A stretch of DNA of 63,413 nt, filler included. It is 4 parts of 4 records of this genome, joined end to end, with 100 filler letters (N's around TTAATTAATTAA, not from the genome) between each part and the next. Parts side by side here need not be neighbours in the genome. Positions count along the whole stretch, not along the records: positions 1 to 23,710 come from SRR20825019_1618; 3 more parts are not named here. One strand, 5' to 3'. The position numbers and the translations under genes were made by a program. The notes under the pieces are model-generated. The model searched no databases, was not told the DNA's origin, and saw only the letters and a program-made list of their open reading frames with translations. This document shows, one piece after another, positions 8,675 to 20,087 of this stretch (positions within the stretch are counted from its first letter, which is position 1; each line of letters opens with the position of its first letter).

Positions 8675-9982
8675 ATGACTTCAGACGGAAATCTCTTCGG
8701 TTTCGATACGCTCGCGCTACATGCCGGGCAGCAACCGGACAGCGATACCGGCGCCCGCGCGGTGCCGATCTATCAGACCACGTCATACGTGTTCCGGGAT
8801 TCCGAACATGCGGCCTCGCTGTTCAATCTGGAGCGGGCCGGGCACATTTATTCGCGGATCTCCAATCCAACCGTCGCGGTACTGGAAGAGCGCATGGCGG
8901 CGCTTGAAGGCGGGGTTGGCGCGGTGGCGACGGCAAGCGGTCATGCGGCACTGCATCTCGCCATCGTGACGCTGATGGGCGCGGGCTCGCACATCGTTGC
9001 CTCCAGCGCGCTCTATGGCGGCAGCCACAACCTTTTCAGCCATACCCTGCCACGCTTCGGGATCGAGACCACCAAGGTCCACCCGCGCGACATCGACGGC
9101 TTCCGCAAGGTGATCAAGCCGGAGACCCGTCTGGTTTTCGCCGAGACCATCGGCAACCCTGGTCTCGAAGTACTGGATATTGCCGCGCTGGCCGAGGTCG
9201 CGCACGAGGCCGGTATCCCGTTGATGATCGATGCCACCTTCACCACGCCCTATCTCTGCCGGCCGTTCGATCACGGCGCGGACCTCATCATGCATTCGGC
9301 GACCAAATGGCTCGGCGGGCATGGTGTGGCCATTGGCGGCGTGCTGGTCGATGGCGGCCGGTTCGACTGGGAGGCGTCCGGCAAATTCCCGACCCTGACG
9401 GAACCCTATGCCGGTTATCACGGCCTCGATTTCGCCGAGGAGTTCGGCCCGCAGGCCTTCTGCATGCGGGCCCGGGCCGAGGGCCTGCGCGATTTTGGTG
9501 CCTGCATGTCTCCGACCAATGCCTTTCACCTGATGCAGGGCATCGAGACCCTGCCGCTGCGCATGGACCGGCATGTCGCCAATGCCCGCAAGGTCGCGGC
9601 CTTCCTGGAAGCATCGGAGGCGGTGGAATGGGTGCTCTACCCGGAGCTGGACAGTCATCCGGACAAGGAGCTGGCGGCGCGGATGATGCCGAAGGGCGCG
9701 GGTTCGATGATCGCTTTCGGGATCAAGGGCGGCCGCGAAGCCGGGAAAACCTTCATCGACCGGCTCGGCGTCTGGTCCCACCTCGCGAATGTCGGTGATG
9801 CCAAATCTCTGGTCATCCACCCGGCCAGCACCACGCACCAGCAAATGGATGCGGAAATGATGAAGGCGGCGGGACTGTCCGAGGATCTGGTCCGGCTTTC
9901 GGTCGGGCTCGAAGACGTGGACGACCTGATCGGCGATCTGAAACAGGCGCTGCGCGCCGCAACGAAGCGCAAGGCGGGATAA
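8675..9982 (+). CDS. metY: O-acetylhomoserine sulfhydrylase (Cys/Met PLP enzyme)
   Basis: AVPIYQTTSY, YSRISNPT, HSATKWLGGHG (PLP Lys) and HLANVGDAKSLVIHPASTTH. Confidence 0.9.
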   Translation: MTSDGNLFGFDTLALHAGQQPDSDTGARAVPIYQTTSYVFRDSEHAASLFNLERAGHIYSRISNPTVAVLEERMAALEGGVGAVATASGHAALHLAIVTLMGAGSHIVASSALYGGSHNLFSHTLPRFGIETTKVHPRDIDGFRKVIKPETRLVFAETIGNPGLEVLDIAALAEVAHEAGIPLMIDATFTTPYLCRPFDHGADLIMHSATKWLGGHGVAIGGVLVDGGRFDWEASGKFPTLTEPYAGYHGLDFAEEFGPQAFCMRARAEGLRDFGACMSPTNAFHLMQGIETLPLRMDRHVANARKVAAFLEASEAVEWVLYPELDSHPDKELAARMMPKGAGSMIAFGIKGGREAGKTFIDRLGVWSHLANVGDAKSLVIHPASTTHQQMDAEMMKAAGLSEDLVRLSVGLEDVDDLIGDLKQALRAATKRKAG

Positions 9983-9986
9983 GCCG

Positions 9987-10787
9987 ATGAAGTTCACAGT
10001 AGAGGGGCATGAGGCGTTCGCGGCGACCGGCGGACGCCCGTTTGACGGCGGCAAGGCAACGATCCTGATGCTGCACGGGGCCGGAATGGATCACACGGTC
10101 TGGTCCATGCAGGCGCGCTACTTTGCGCATCACGGCTTTTCCGTCCTGGCTGTCGATCTGCCGGGGCACAGCCGCAGCGCCGGGACGGTGCCGGAGACGA
10201 TCCCGGCTTTCGCCGATTGGTGCCTCGCGGCACTGGATGCGGCCGGGGCCGGTGAGGTGATGGTCATGGGGCATTCCATGGGCGCGCTCATCGCGCTTGA
10301 GGTTGCTTCCCGTCTGGGCGCACGCGCGAAAGCGCTCGCTCTGCTTGGCGCTGTGCCGGAAATGAAAGTGCATCCGGATCTGCTGGGTGCCGCCCGCACG
10401 GGCAAGCATGTGGCACTTGAGACCATGGTTGGCTGGAGCGTCGGCAAGCGTGCACAGATCGGCGGCCACAGGGCGCCCGGCGCCTGGGTCAGTGGTGCCA
10501 GCATGCGGTTGCTGGAAGCGGGCGACTATGCGGTTCTGGCGACAGATCTTGCCGCCTGCGATACCTATGACGGGGCGTTGACGGCAGCGGCGGCGGTTAC
10601 GTGCCCGGCGCTGGTGCTCTCCGGCTCCGACGACAAGATGACCCCGGCCAAGCTGGCCCGGCCGCTGGTTGATGCGCTGCCGGACGCGCGTGCCGTTATC
10701 CTGCCGCGCGCCGGTCACATGATGATGATCGAGCAGCCCGACGAAGTGCTCGACGTGCTGGCTGACTTTTTCGAGGCGCTTCGGTGA
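9987..10787 (+). CDS. Alpha/beta hydrolase
   Basis: HGAG, DLPGH, GHSMG nucleophile elbow, DKMT and AGHMMM. Confidence 0.9.
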   Translation: MKFTVEGHEAFAATGGRPFDGGKATILMLHGAGMDHTVWSMQARYFAHHGFSVLAVDLPGHSRSAGTVPETIPAFADWCLAALDAAGAGEVMVMGHSMGALIALEVASRLGARAKALALLGAVPEMKVHPDLLGAARTGKHVALETMVGWSVGKRAQIGGHRAPGAWVSGASMRLLEAGDYAVLATDLAACDTYDGALTAAAAVTCPALVLSGSDDKMTPAKLARPLVDALPDARAVILPRAGHMMMIEQPDEVLDVLADFFEALR

Positions 10788-11224
10788 GCGGGGAGGGGTT
10801 AATCGAGACCCGCGACCGGTTCCGCTGGTGGCTGGAGATTCCGACGCGCTGGATGGACAATGACGTCTATGGGCACGTCAACAACGTGCAGTATTATTCC
10901 TACTTCGATACCGCCGTGAACACGCATCTGATCCGTGAGGCCGGGTTGGATATCCACAACAGCCCGATTGTCGGATTGGTGGTGGAGACCCGCTGCCAGT
11001 TCAAGAAGTCACTGGTGTTCCCGGACCGGATCGATGCGGGCATCCGGGTGGAGCGGCTTGGCCGGTCGAGCGTCACCTACGCAACCGCACTGTTCCGCGA
11101 AGGCGATGACGAGATCGCCGCGCTTGGTCATTTCGTGCATGTCTATGTCGACCGGGCAACGCAGACGCCGGTGCCGATCCCGGAGCAGATGCGCGCCGAG
11201 ATGGAAAAGCTCTGCCTTGTGTAA
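10784..11224 (+). CDS. Acyl-CoA thioesterase (hotdog fold)
   Basis: TRWMDNDVYGHVNNVQYYSYFD. Confidence 0.9.
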   Translation: MSGEGLIETRDRFRWWLEIPTRWMDNDVYGHVNNVQYYSYFDTAVNTHLIREAGLDIHNSPIVGLVVETRCQFKKSLVFPDRIDAGIRVERLGRSSVTYATALFREGDDEIAALGHFVHVYVDRATQTPVPIPEQMRAEMEKLCLV

Positions 11225-11233
11225 GGCAGGCGC

Positions 11234-11734
11234 TTATTTGGTTTTTGTGCGGGAAATCTTGTAGAGCCCGGCGACGATCTGCTGGCCAATAGCGCCGGCT
11301 TCGCCTTTCATCTTCGTTGCGACCACGGCTTTCAGGGCGTCTACATGGGCCTTGATGGCATCCGCGTCATTGTGCCCGCGCTGCCCGGGCTCGCCCAGTT
11401 CCAGATAGCGGTTCATCGAGGTCGCGATCTTCTCGACCATGGGATAGCCGAAGCTGGAGCCCTGGGAGCGGAGATCGTGCATCACCGTATAGATCGTGCG
11501 TTCGGGGCCTGCCGGATCAGTGCCGTCCGTCTTCAGTCTTTCGACGGCATCATCGAGTTTGACAATGCTCTCCTTAGCGGTTTCCGAGAGGTCTATCTTG
11601 GCGGAGGCTTCTGCCAGTGCGGCTTCGGCCTTTGCGATCAATCGCTCGTCCATGCGCGCGGGGCCGCCAACCAGATCCTTCAGCTTGTTGGGCTGATGAA
11701 TGACCTCGTAAGTGCCTTTCGGGGGTTGGGCCAT
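11234..11734 (-). CDS. Hpt-like histidine phosphotransfer protein
   Basis: Helical protein with MHDLRSQGSSFGYP (HxLKG-like motif). Confidence 0.65.
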   Translation of the reverse strand: MAQPPKGTYEVIHQPNKLKDLVGGPARMDERLIAKAEAALAEASAKIDLSETAKESIVKLDDAVERLKTDGTDPAGPERTIYTVMHDLRSQGSSFGYPMVEKIATSMNRYLELGEPGQRGHNDADAIKAHVDALKAVVATKMKGEAGAIGQQIVAGLYKISRTKTK

Positions 11735-11779
11735 TTCGATCCTCTCGTAAGCCGGTTTTTCCGGTCTGTTGTCTTGGGT

Positions 11780-12310
11780 CTAGGCGCTGCGCGCGTCCCT
11801 GTCGCGCAACTCGGCGGCGCGCCGTTCCTCGCCGTCGAAGGATTCGACCTTCCGGCGACGGTCCGGTCCGAAATAATTGTCGGTGCGAACGAAAGGACGG
11901 GGATATTCGATCACGGCCACGAGGCGCTGGATCAGGCCCACGCCGGTAAGAGGCTTGGCCATGAATTCGGTGACACCCGCATCGCGGGCCATCTCGATCC
12001 GGTTCGCTTCCGTATGGCCGCTGACCATGATGATGGGCAGGAACTCATCCGGACTTGCGGGGTCGTTCCGGATCCAGCGGGTCAATTCTATGCCGTCCAT
12101 CTCTTCCATCACCCAGTCGGTGATGATCAGATCAACCTGATATTCGCCTAGCTTGCGGATAGCGTGCTGGCCGTCGCGTGCATCGATGATATTTTTCACG
12201 CCGACTGACTGCAACATCGCCCGCAAGACTTCCCGCATGGGCTGGCTGTCTTCGACAATCATCACCGAAAGGCGCTGGAACCGCGCTTCGTTGGTCGGGC
12301 TTTGAGACAT
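11780..12310 (-). CDS. CheY-like response regulator with Arg-rich tail (Cle-like)
   Basis: IVED, ITDWVM and AKP receiver motifs; C-terminal YFGPDRRR. Confidence 0.85.
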   Translation of the reverse strand: MSQSPTNEARFQRLSVMIVEDSQPMREVLRAMLQSVGVKNIIDARDGQHAIRKLGEYQVDLIITDWVMEEMDGIELTRWIRNDPASPDEFLPIIMVSGHTEANRIEMARDAGVTEFMAKPLTGVGLIQRLVAVIEYPRPFVRTDNYFGPDRRRKVESFDGEERRAAELRDRDARSA

Positions 12311-12734
12311 TCACCACAGCTTCCCCGGTTTCAGGATTCTGAAATCCGTAGAATCTTTATAATTTCATACCACTCGGCGGAGTTTAATCGACTTCCGATG
12401 GGTAAGGCTATAGTCGGATTTTCAACCTCTCAATTCATGGTGTCACTATGAAATGCGTAACACCGTATGAGATGTTTTCGTCTCCGGAGAGTGGAAATCC
12501 GCCTCGGCTGATGCGTGTTCATACAATATCTGGTATAGAATTAGCTGGTATTAACTAGGCTGATATCGGGCGTGATCGGCGGAAATCTGCGGTGCGGCGG
12601 CAAATAGATTTGCCCGTCGCTCTTGACTCGTCGCCCGATTCGCCGATTGATCCGGCCTCCGGGCCTGTCGGGACGCGGTGTTGCGTCCGGGTAGGCATTT
12701 CGAATGAGCCTGGACCCCATGAGGACTGTAGGAA

Positions 12735-13487
12735 ATGGCAGGGCATTCCCAATTTAAGAACATCATGTACCGCAAGGGCGCGCAGGATAAAAAGCGCGCC
12801 AAGCTTTTCACGCGGCTGATCCGGGAGATCGCGGTCGCGGCGAAGGCGAGTACCGATGTGAGCGCTAACCCGCGACTGCGTTCGGCTATTCAGGCGGCCC
12901 GCGAGGCCAACATGCCGAAGGACAATATCGATCGGGTACTGAAGAAGGCCGAAGGCGGCGGTGCGGACGACAATTTCGAGGACATCCGGTACGAGGGTTA
13001 TGCCTCCGGCGGTGTCGCCATGATCGTCGAGGCGCTGACCGATAACCGCAACCGGACTGCTTCCGAAGTCCGCTCCACTTTCTCGAAATATGGCGGGACT
13101 CTCGGAGAGACAAACTCCGTCAGCTTCATGTTCGACCGGGTCGGCCAGATCTCCTATCCGGCAGACAAGGCGGAAGCCGATGCCATGTTCGAGGCCGCTC
13201 TGGAAGCGGGGGCGGAGAATGTCGAATCCTCTGAGGACGGTCACGTCATCACCTGCGCGCCGGATGATCTGAGCGCGGTTCGCGAAGCACTTTCCGAGCA
13301 GTTTGGCGCGCCGGAAGAGGCCGAGTTTTCCTGGAAGCCGCAGAATACCGTGCCGGTGGACGAGAGCCATGCCGAGACCATCATGAAGCTGCTGGCGGCT
13401 CTCGAGGATCTTGATGACGTCCAGTCCGTCTCGGCGAATTTCGAGATCCCGGACGAGGTCATGCGGAAACTGACGGCGGCCGCCTGA
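12735..13487 (+). CDS. yebC: YebC/PmpR family protein
   Basis: [21 protein letters not shown] and LEDLDDVQ. Confidence 0.95.
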   Translation: MAGHSQFKNIMYRKGAQDKKRAKLFTRLIREIAVAAKASTDVSANPRLRSAIQAAREANMPKDNIDRVLKKAEGGGADDNFEDIRYEGYASGGVAMIVEALTDNRNRTASEVRSTFSKYGGTLGETNSVSFMFDRVGQISYPADKAEADAMFEAALEAGAENVESSEDGHVITCAPDDLSAVREALSEQFGAPEEAEFSWKPQNTVPVDESHAETIMKLLAALEDLDDVQSVSANFEIPDEVMRKLTAAA

Positions 13488-13536
13488 CCGCAATGTCAGG
13501 CGCCTGCCAAAAGCCCATTGGGGAGATGCAGTCACG

Positions 13537-14115
13537 ATGAGGCTTCTCGGTCTCGACCCGGGCCTCCGCTTTACCGGCTGGGGTGTGATCGATGTGGACG
13601 GCCACCGGCTGCGCCACATCGCCAACGGGACCTTGAAGTCCACGTCATCCCGGTCCATCGCGGAACGGCTTCTGGAATTGCATGACGGTGTTCTGGACAT
13701 TCTCGGCCGCTACAGCCCCGGTGAGGCGGCGGTCGAGGAGACTTTCGTGAACAAGAACCCGGAATCGACCCTGAAGCTCGGGCTGGCGCGGGGCGCGGTC
13801 ATTCTGGCTCCCGCCAAGCAAGGTCTCCGGGTTACCGAATATGCGCCGAACCGGGTGAAGAAAACCGTGGTCGGGGCCGGTCACGCCAACAAGGATCAGG
13901 TTCAGATCATGGTGTCGAAACTGCTGCCCGAAGCTGTTTTCGACTCCGCGGATGCGGCCGATGCGCTCGCGGTGGCGATCTGTCACGCGCATTTCGCCCA
14001 GAGCCGTCACGCCTTTGGCGAGACGGTGGGCGTCTCCCGGCTCAAACAACAATCGGCAACCGGTGGATACGAGCGTGCGGTCCAGGCGGCTCTGCGCAAG
14101 GAGATGGGCCAGTGA
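13537..14115 (+). CDS. ruvC: Holliday junction resolvase
   Basis: LGLDPG, AVEETF, LGLARG and [12 protein letters not shown]. Confidence 0.95.
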   Translation: MRLLGLDPGLRFTGWGVIDVDGHRLRHIANGTLKSTSSRSIAERLLELHDGVLDILGRYSPGEAAVEETFVNKNPESTLKLGLARGAVILAPAKQGLRVTEYAPNRVKKTVVGAGHANKDQVQIMVSKLLPEAVFDSADAADALAVAICHAHFAQSRHAFGETVGVSRLKQQSATGGYERAVQAALRKEMGQ

Positions 14116-14735
14116 TCGCCAAATTACGGGGTATTCTCGATTCCTTCGGTGACGGCAGTGCCGTGATCGATGTGCGTGGTGTCGGGTATCTGATTTTCGC
14201 GTCCAGCCGGACGCTTGCGCAGCTCGGCGACAAAGGGGGCGATGTCTCCGTGCATGTCGAAACCCATGTCCGCGAAGACCATATCCATCTCTACGGGTTT
14301 GCCGACAAGGCGGAGCAGGACACTTTCCGGATCCTGCAGACGGTTCAGGGCGTTGGCGCCAAGGCGGCGCTTTCCATCCTGTCCGCGCTGGCGCCGGACG
14401 AGATCCTGCGCTCGGTCGCTGCCGGCGATGCCAAGATGCTGACCCGGGCTGACGGCGTTGGCCCGAAGCTGGCCGGCCGGATCGTGAATGAGCTGAAAGA
14501 CAAGGCGGTGAATATTTCGCTCGGTGCGGATGCCGCGATGCCGGCGCCTGCGGGGGGCAAGGCTGCCCCGGCGGGAGAGCCTGCCGTTGTCGCCGACGCG
14601 ATCTCCGCCCTGGTGAATCTCGGTTATGACCGCAGCATTGCCTATGGCGCTGTTCATGCCGCCGTCAAGGCGATGGGACCGGATGCGGATCTGAACCAGC
14701 TGATCACCGGCGGCCTTAAGGAGCTTGCTTCGTGA
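14112..14735 (+). CDS. ruvA: Holliday junction DNA-binding subunit
   Basis: [23 protein letters not shown] and ALVNLGY. Confidence 0.95.
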   Translation: MIAKLRGILDSFGDGSAVIDVRGVGYLIFASSRTLAQLGDKGGDVSVHVETHVREDHIHLYGFADKAEQDTFRILQTVQGVGAKAALSILSALAPDEILRSVAAGDAKMLTRADGVGPKLAGRIVNELKDKAVNISLGADAAMPAPAGGKAAPAGEPAVVADAISALVNLGYDRSIAYGAVHAAVKAMGPDADLNQLITGGLKELAS

Positions 14736-15811
14736 GTGCCTGGGACGACGGGGAAGAGGGCCGGATCGTCGATGGCGAGCGGTCGACCGAAGACACGCCG
14801 GAGCGGGCGCTGCGTCCGGTCACGCTCGATGATTTCGTCGGCCAGAAGCAAATGCGTGAGAACCTGAAGGTCTTCATCGAGGCCGCGAAGGTTCGTGAAG
14901 AGGCGATGGACCACACGCTGTTCTTCGGCCCGCCCGGCCTCGGCAAGACGACGCTGGCCCAGATCGTCGCCCGCGAGCTGGGTGTGAATTTCCGCGCCAC
15001 GTCTGGCCCGGTGATCGCCAAGGCGGGCGACCTTGCGGCCCTGCTGACCAACCTTCAGGCGCGTGACGTTCTCTTCATTGACGAGATACATCGCCTTAAT
15101 CCTGCCGTAGAGGAAGTGCTCTATCCGGCTATGGAGGATTTTCAGCTCGACCTCATTATCGGTGAAGGCCCGGCGGCCCGGTCTATCCGGATCGATCTGC
15201 CGCCCTTTACCCTGGTGGCGGCGACGACGCGGTCCGGCCTGATCACCACACCGTTGCGCGAACGCTTCGGCATCCCCTTGCGGCTGCAATTCTATACGCC
15301 GGAGGAACTGCAGAGCATCGTCATGCGCGGAGCCTCCCTGCTTGGCATGAACCTGCTGCCGGAAGGCGCGGCTGAAGTCGCCAGCCGGTCTCGCGGAACG
15401 CCGCGCGTTGCAGGCCGTCTGCTGCGCCGGGTGCGGGATTTCGCGGCCGTGGCCGGGGTTGATGAAATTGGCGAGAAGGCGGCGGACGGTGCGTTGAACC
15501 GCCTCGATATCGACAAGCGCGGGCTCGATGCCATGGACCGGCGCTATCTGCGTTGCATCGCCGATAATTACGGTGGCGGTCCTGTCGGGGCCGAAACCCT
15601 TGCGGCGGCCCTTGCCGAGCAGCGCGACGTGATCGAGGAAGTGATCGAGCCTTATCTGCTGCAACAAGGGCTGCTTCAGCGCACGCCGCGCGGGCGATTG
15701 CTGTCTGAATCCGGGTATCGCTATCTCGGCCTTGCCATGCCGAACAGGACGCCCGCCGAAGCGGCGCAAATGACCCTTCTCGACAACAATTCCGAGGGCG
15801 TGGATGTCTGA
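14732..15811 (+). CDS. ruvB: Holliday junction branch-migration ATPase
   Basis: [29 protein letters not shown] and RGTPR. Confidence 0.97.
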   Translation: MSAWDDGEEGRIVDGERSTEDTPERALRPVTLDDFVGQKQMRENLKVFIEAAKVREEAMDHTLFFGPPGLGKTTLAQIVARELGVNFRATSGPVIAKAGDLAALLTNLQARDVLFIDEIHRLNPAVEEVLYPAMEDFQLDLIIGEGPAARSIRIDLPPFTLVAATTRSGLITTPLRERFGIPLRLQFYTPEELQSIVMRGASLLGMNLLPEGAAEVASRSRGTPRVAGRLLRRVRDFAAVAGVDEIGEKAADGALNRLDIDKRGLDAMDRRYLRCIADNYGGGPVGAETLAAALAEQRDVIEEVIEPYLLQQGLLQRTPRGRLLSESGYRYLGLAMPNRTPAEAAQMTLLDNNSEGVDV

Positions 15812-16268
15812 GCGGCAACTGCAGCCTACGGTGACGGGGTTCACCGCAGACGGGACACACGTGCTCCGCGCCCGCGTCTATTACGAGGACACGGATGCAG
15901 GCGGTGTAGTCTATCACGCCAACTATCTGCGCTTCGCTGAACGTGGGCGCACGGAATATCTCCGCGACATTGGTGTCTTCCAGTCGGAACTTGCCGACGC
16001 GGAAGGCGTTTACTTCGTGGTCAGGCGCAGCGAGATCGATTTTCGCCTGCCCGCCCGGCTTGACGATGCGCTGGAGATCCGGACGGTGATCGCCGGAATA
16101 AAGGGCGCGTCGTTTCTGGTCGAGCAGACCATCGCGAAGGCGGAAACGGATGAATATCTGGTGAAGGTGGACAGCACCATCGCCTGCCTGGACCGAAAAG
16201 GCCGCCCGGTACGGGTGCCGAAATCGGTCAAATCGAAACTGGACCGGCAGGACGGGGCGGTATCGTGA
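15804..16268 (+). CDS. ybgC: Tol-Pal associated acyl-CoA thioesterase
   Basis: [28 protein letters not shown]; synteny. Confidence 0.92.
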   Translation: MSERQLQPTVTGFTADGTHVLRARVYYEDTDAGGVVYHANYLRFAERGRTEYLRDIGVFQSELADAEGVYFVVRRSEIDFRLPARLDDALEIRTVIAGIKGASFLVEQTIAKAETDEYLVKVDSTIACLDRKGRPVRVPKSVKSKLDRQDGAVS

Positions 16269-16345
16269 TGAACGCCGGGTGGATTACAGGCGGACGGACC
16301 ACAGGCGGGCAGACTATAGGACAGACGTCGAGGAAGAGTATCTAA

Positions 16346-17077
16346 ATGGATCAGACACTAGTCGATACCGTGACACTTGGGGGCACAGCGGCCACGGACA
16401 TGAGCATCTGGGGTTTGTTCATGACCGCGGACTGGATCGTGAAGGCCGTGATGCTCATCCTGATCGGCGCGTCGATCTGGAGCTGGGCGATCATTGTCGA
16501 CAAGACCCTGAAAATGCGCCGGCTTTCGAAAGCGGCTGTGCATTTCGAGGAGGCATTCTGGTCGGGCGGCTCGCTCGAGGATCTTTACGACCGGATCGGC
16601 GGGCAACCGGGAGACCCGATGACCGGCGTGTTCGCCGCAGCAATGCGAGAATGGCGCCGGTCGGCGGCCAAGGGGCTGACCTCGAAAGGCTCTGAAATCC
16701 GGGCCAGCCTGCGCCAGCGTATCGAACAGGTGATGCAGCTCTCTATTTCCCGGGAGATGGATCGCCTGGAAAAACACATGACTTTCCTTGCCTCGGTTGG
16801 CTCCGTTGCCCCCTTTGTCGGGCTGTTCGGCACCGTCTGGGGGATCATGAACAGCTTCCAGTCCATCGCGGCGACCAAGAATACCTCGCTCGCGGTGGTC
16901 GCGCCGGGCATTGCCGAGGCCCTGTTCGCGACGGCTCTTGGCCTGATTGCGGCGATCCCCGCCGTGATTGCCTACAACAAGATCTCAACCGATCTCGGCC
17001 GGTATGCGGGGCGGCTGGAAACCTTCTCCAGCGAATTCGCCTCCATCCTGTCCCGCCAGCTTGACGAGGGGGGCTGA
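16346..17077 (+). CDS. tolQ: TolQ
   Basis: APFVGLFGTVWGIM and VAPGIAEALFATA. Confidence 0.95.
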   Translation: MDQTLVDTVTLGGTAATDMSIWGLFMTADWIVKAVMLILIGASIWSWAIIVDKTLKMRRLSKAAVHFEEAFWSGGSLEDLYDRIGGQPGDPMTGVFAAAMREWRRSAAKGLTSKGSEIRASLRQRIEQVMQLSISREMDRLEKHMTFLASVGSVAPFVGLFGTVWGIMNSFQSIAATKNTSLAVVAPGIAEALFATALGLIAAIPAVIAYNKISTDLGRYAGRLETFSSEFASILSRQLDEGG

Positions 17078-17080
17078 GCT

Positions 17081-17533
17081 ATGGCCGCTTCCATGATCGG
17101 AGCCGGGCGCGGTGGCCGAGGAGCGCGAGGGCGCTACCGTCCGCTGAGCGAAATCAACGTGACGCCGCTGGTCGATGTCATGCTGGTGCTGCTGATCGTT
17201 TTCATGGTCACTGCTCCGCTGCTGACGGTCGGTGTGCCCGTCGATCTGCCGAAGACCGAGGCGGCGCAGCTGACCGACGAGGTCGAGCCGCTGGTGGTTT
17301 CGGTGAATGCGGACGGCGTGATCTTTCTGCAGGAAACCGAGGTGCCGAGGGAAAATCTGGTGCCCCGGTTGAACGCGGTCACCGGACAGCGCCCGGATGT
17401 GCGGATCTTCGTGCGCGGGGACAAGGCCATTCAGTATGGCACCGTCATGGAAGTCATGGGGTTGATCAGCTCCGCCGGCTTCAAGAAAGTCGCGCTTCTG
17501 GCTGAGATCCCGGACAGCAAGGGGACGCGCTGA
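17081..17533 (+). CDS. tolR: TolR
   Basis: EINVTPLVDVMLVLLIVFMVTAP. Confidence 0.95.
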   Translation: MAASMIGAGRGGRGARGRYRPLSEINVTPLVDVMLVLLIVFMVTAPLLTVGVPVDLPKTEAAQLTDEVEPLVVSVNADGVIFLQETEVPRENLVPRLNAVTGQRPDVRIFVRGDKAIQYGTVMEVMGLISSAGFKKVALLAEIPDSKGTR

Positions 17534-17537
17534 CACG

Positions 17538-18515
17538 ATGCGCAAAGGGCTCACCATATCCATCGGCCTGCATGTCGCGATTTTTGCGTTTGCATGGTTC
17601 GGTCTGCCTGAACTCCGGAACGACGATATCCTTCCGGAGCAGCTGGTGATCGTCGATATGGTGGACATCTCGGAAGTGACCAACACGCCGACAGCGGCGG
17701 TCGAGCCCGAGAAAGCCGAAGAGCCGGAACCGAAGGCCGCCGAGCCTGAGCCGGAAGAGCCAAAAGCGCCGCCACCCCCGCCGGAAGTGGCAGCCCCGCC
17801 ACCGCCGCCACCGGTTCCGGAACCCGCTCCGGCCCCCACCCCGGAACCCGCGCCGAAACCTGTCGCGGAAGCGCCGGAGCCGGAACCCGCGCCAATCCCG
17901 AAGCCTGCTCCCGAAAAGGAGCCGGAGCCGGAGAAGGTGGCACAGGCCCCGAGCCCGGCACCGAAACCGCGCCCGAAACCGCGCACGCCCGAGCCGGAGC
18001 CGAAAGAGGCCGAGAAGAAGCCGAAGAAAGAAGACAAGAAGCAGGATTTCTCGCGTCTGCTGAAGACGCTGGAGAAAACCGAAGCGGAGCCGCAGACGAA
18101 ACCGGAAGAGGAAAAGTCGAAGGAGAAGGTTGATCCTCTGAAGGATGTTCTCGCCAAACTGAAGGCGCCGGCCCGGAGCCGGTCAGACAAGGCGTTCGAT
18201 CCGGAGAACAAGGTTTCGATCAGCGAGATCGATGCCGTGCGGCGCCAGATCGCGCAATGCTGGAACGTGCCTGCCGGTGCGAAGGGGGCAGAGGATCTCT
18301 ATATCGAGATCACCCTTCAGATGAGTGCGGACGGCACGGTACGCGACGCACGGATCGTCGACCAGACGCGCATGGCCAAGGATGATTTCTTCCGCAGTGC
18401 CGCTGAAAGCGCGCGGCGTGCGGTTTTGAGCTGCGGCAAGCTTCCATTGCCGCCAGAGAAGTATGAGTCATGGAAAGACATAACCATGACTTTCAACCCG
18501 AGGGATCTGCTGTGA
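17538..18515 (+). CDS. tolA: TolA
   Basis: N-terminal TM with SxxxH, Pro/Glu/Lys-rich linker and C-terminal CWN..P domain; synteny. Confidence 0.88.
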   Translation: MRKGLTISIGLHVAIFAFAWFGLPELRNDDILPEQLVIVDMVDISEVTNTPTAAVEPEKAEEPEPKAAEPEPEEPKAPPPPPEVAAPPPPPPVPEPAPAPTPEPAPKPVAEAPEPEPAPIPKPAPEKEPEPEKVAQAPSPAPKPRPKPRTPEPEPKEAEKKPKKEDKKQDFSRLLKTLEKTEAEPQTKPEEEKSKEKVDPLKDVLAKLKAPARSRSDKAFDPENKVSISEIDAVRRQIAQCWNVPAGAKGAEDLYIEITLQMSADGTVRDARIVDQTRMAKDDFFRSAAESARRAVLSCGKLPLPPEKYESWKDITMTFNPRDLL

Positions 18516-18550
18516 AGATCCGCGATCACGACCGACTTGAGAGGCCGATC

Positions 18551-19921
18551 ATGAGGTTCGCTGGACCGCTACGCATCACCGAGATTTCGCCCGCCATGCT
18601 GCTGTGCCGGTGGATATTGCCCGCATTGCTGCTGGTACTCTTCGCCCTGGGCCCGGCCCGGGCCGAGTTGAGGATCGACATCACCCAGGGCAAGGTTGAT
18701 CCCCTGCCTGTGGCGATATCGGAATTCACCGGCAACAACGCCGAGAGTGCCCAGATCGGCAAGGATATCGCGGCCGTGATATCCGCGAACCTTGAGCGCT
18801 CCGGCCTGTTCGCGCCAATCGACAATGCCGCCTTTATCCAGCGTAACGTGTCCCTGAGCGCCCTGCCGCGTTTCGGTGACTGGCGCCTGATCAATGCGCA
18901 GGCATTGGTGCATGGGGCGGTGAGTTTCGAGGCGAGCGGGGCAGTAAAGGTCGAGTTCCGTCTCTGGGACGTCTTCGCCGAACAGCAGATGGTGGCAAAC
19001 GCCTATACCACGGTCTCGGCGAACTGGCGCCGCGTCGCCCATATCATTTCCGATGCGATCTATCAGCGGATGACCGGGGAATCCGGCTATTTCGACACTC
19101 GTATCGTCTATATCGCCGAAAGCGGTCCGCCGGACCGGCGGACCAAGCGGCTGGCCATCATGGACCAGGATGGTGCGAACCACCGGTTCCTGACCGATGG
19201 CAAGGACCTGGTGCTGACGCCGCGTTTCTCGCCAACACTGCAGGAAATCACCTATCTTGCTTATTATAACGACAAGCCGAGGGTCTATATTTTCAACATT
19301 GAAACCGGTCAGCAGGAAGTGCTTGGCGATTTCCCGGGGATGACCTTTGCTCCACGTTTTTCACCTGATGGAAATAGGGTGATTATGAGCCTGGCCCGGA
19401 ATGGCGTTACCGACATCTATACGATGGATCTCGCGACCCGCCGGGTGCGACGCCTGACGGACAGCCCGTCGATCGATACATCGCCGACCTTTGCGCCGGA
19501 TGGCGGCCAGGTTACCTTCAACTCCGACCGTGGCGGCAGCCAGCAAATCTACGTGATGGATGCGAATGGCAGCAATGTGAAGCGCATCAGCTTTGGAAAA
19601 GGGCGTTATGCCACGCCGGTCTGGTCCCCGCGCGGCGACCTTATCGCCTTCACCAAAATCGTTGGCGGCCAGTTCTATATCGGGGTCATGCGGCCGGATG
19701 GAACAGGCGAGCGGCTGCTCTCCCAGGGCTATCTGGTGGAGTCGCCGACCTGGGCTCCGAACGGACGAGTTCTTATTTATTTCAAACAGTTCCCGTCCGA
19801 CTCTTCGGGCCGTGGGGGCAAAACCAAACTCTACTCCGTTGACCTCACAGGATATAACGAGCGCGAGATCATTACGCCTGTGGATGCTTCCGATCCGGCA
19901 TGGTCGCCCTTGATTCCTTAG
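18551..19921 (+). CDS. tolB: TolB beta-propeller protein
   Basis: [16 protein letters not shown] and repeated PxFSPDG (PD40). Start uncertain (18551 or 18596). Confidence 0.93.
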   Translation: MRFAGPLRITEISPAMLLCRWILPALLLVLFALGPARAELRIDITQGKVDPLPVAISEFTGNNAESAQIGKDIAAVISANLERSGLFAPIDNAAFIQRNVSLSALPRFGDWRLINAQALVHGAVSFEASGAVKVEFRLWDVFAEQQMVANAYTTVSANWRRVAHIISDAIYQRMTGESGYFDTRIVYIAESGPPDRRTKRLAIMDQDGANHRFLTDGKDLVLTPRFSPTLQEITYLAYYNDKPRVYIFNIETGQQEVLGDFPGMTFAPRFSPDGNRVIMSLARNGVTDIYTMDLATRRVRRLTDSPSIDTSPTFAPDGGQVTFNSDRGGSQQIYVMDANGSNVKRISFGKGRYATPVWSPRGDLIAFTKIVGGQFYIGVMRPDGTGERLLSQGYLVESPTWAPNGRVLIYFKQFPSDSSGRGGKTKLYSVDLTGYNEREIITPVDASDPAWSPLIP

Positions 19922-20087
19922 TGACATGTAAATATATTTCGCGCGACAAGCCTTCTCCGGTAATGAGCGGCTATCGCCATCCGTAGAAATCTGTTAGAGA
20001 ACACAAAGGATTGGCGCGTCCGGTTAGAGTCTAAGGGGCACGACCGAAAACTTGGATCGAAGGCTCACTTCTGTGGGGGTTTAAAGT

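Noticed and set aside
16281-16326. Three degenerate 15-nt repeats upstream of tolQ (GATTACAGGCGGACG-like)
   Set aside because: Too short and degenerate, with no spacers; not CRISPR and no supportable function.
17690-18040. Repetitive CCGGAG/CCGAAG sequence
   Set aside because: Encodes the ordinary Pro/Glu/Lys-rich TolA linker.
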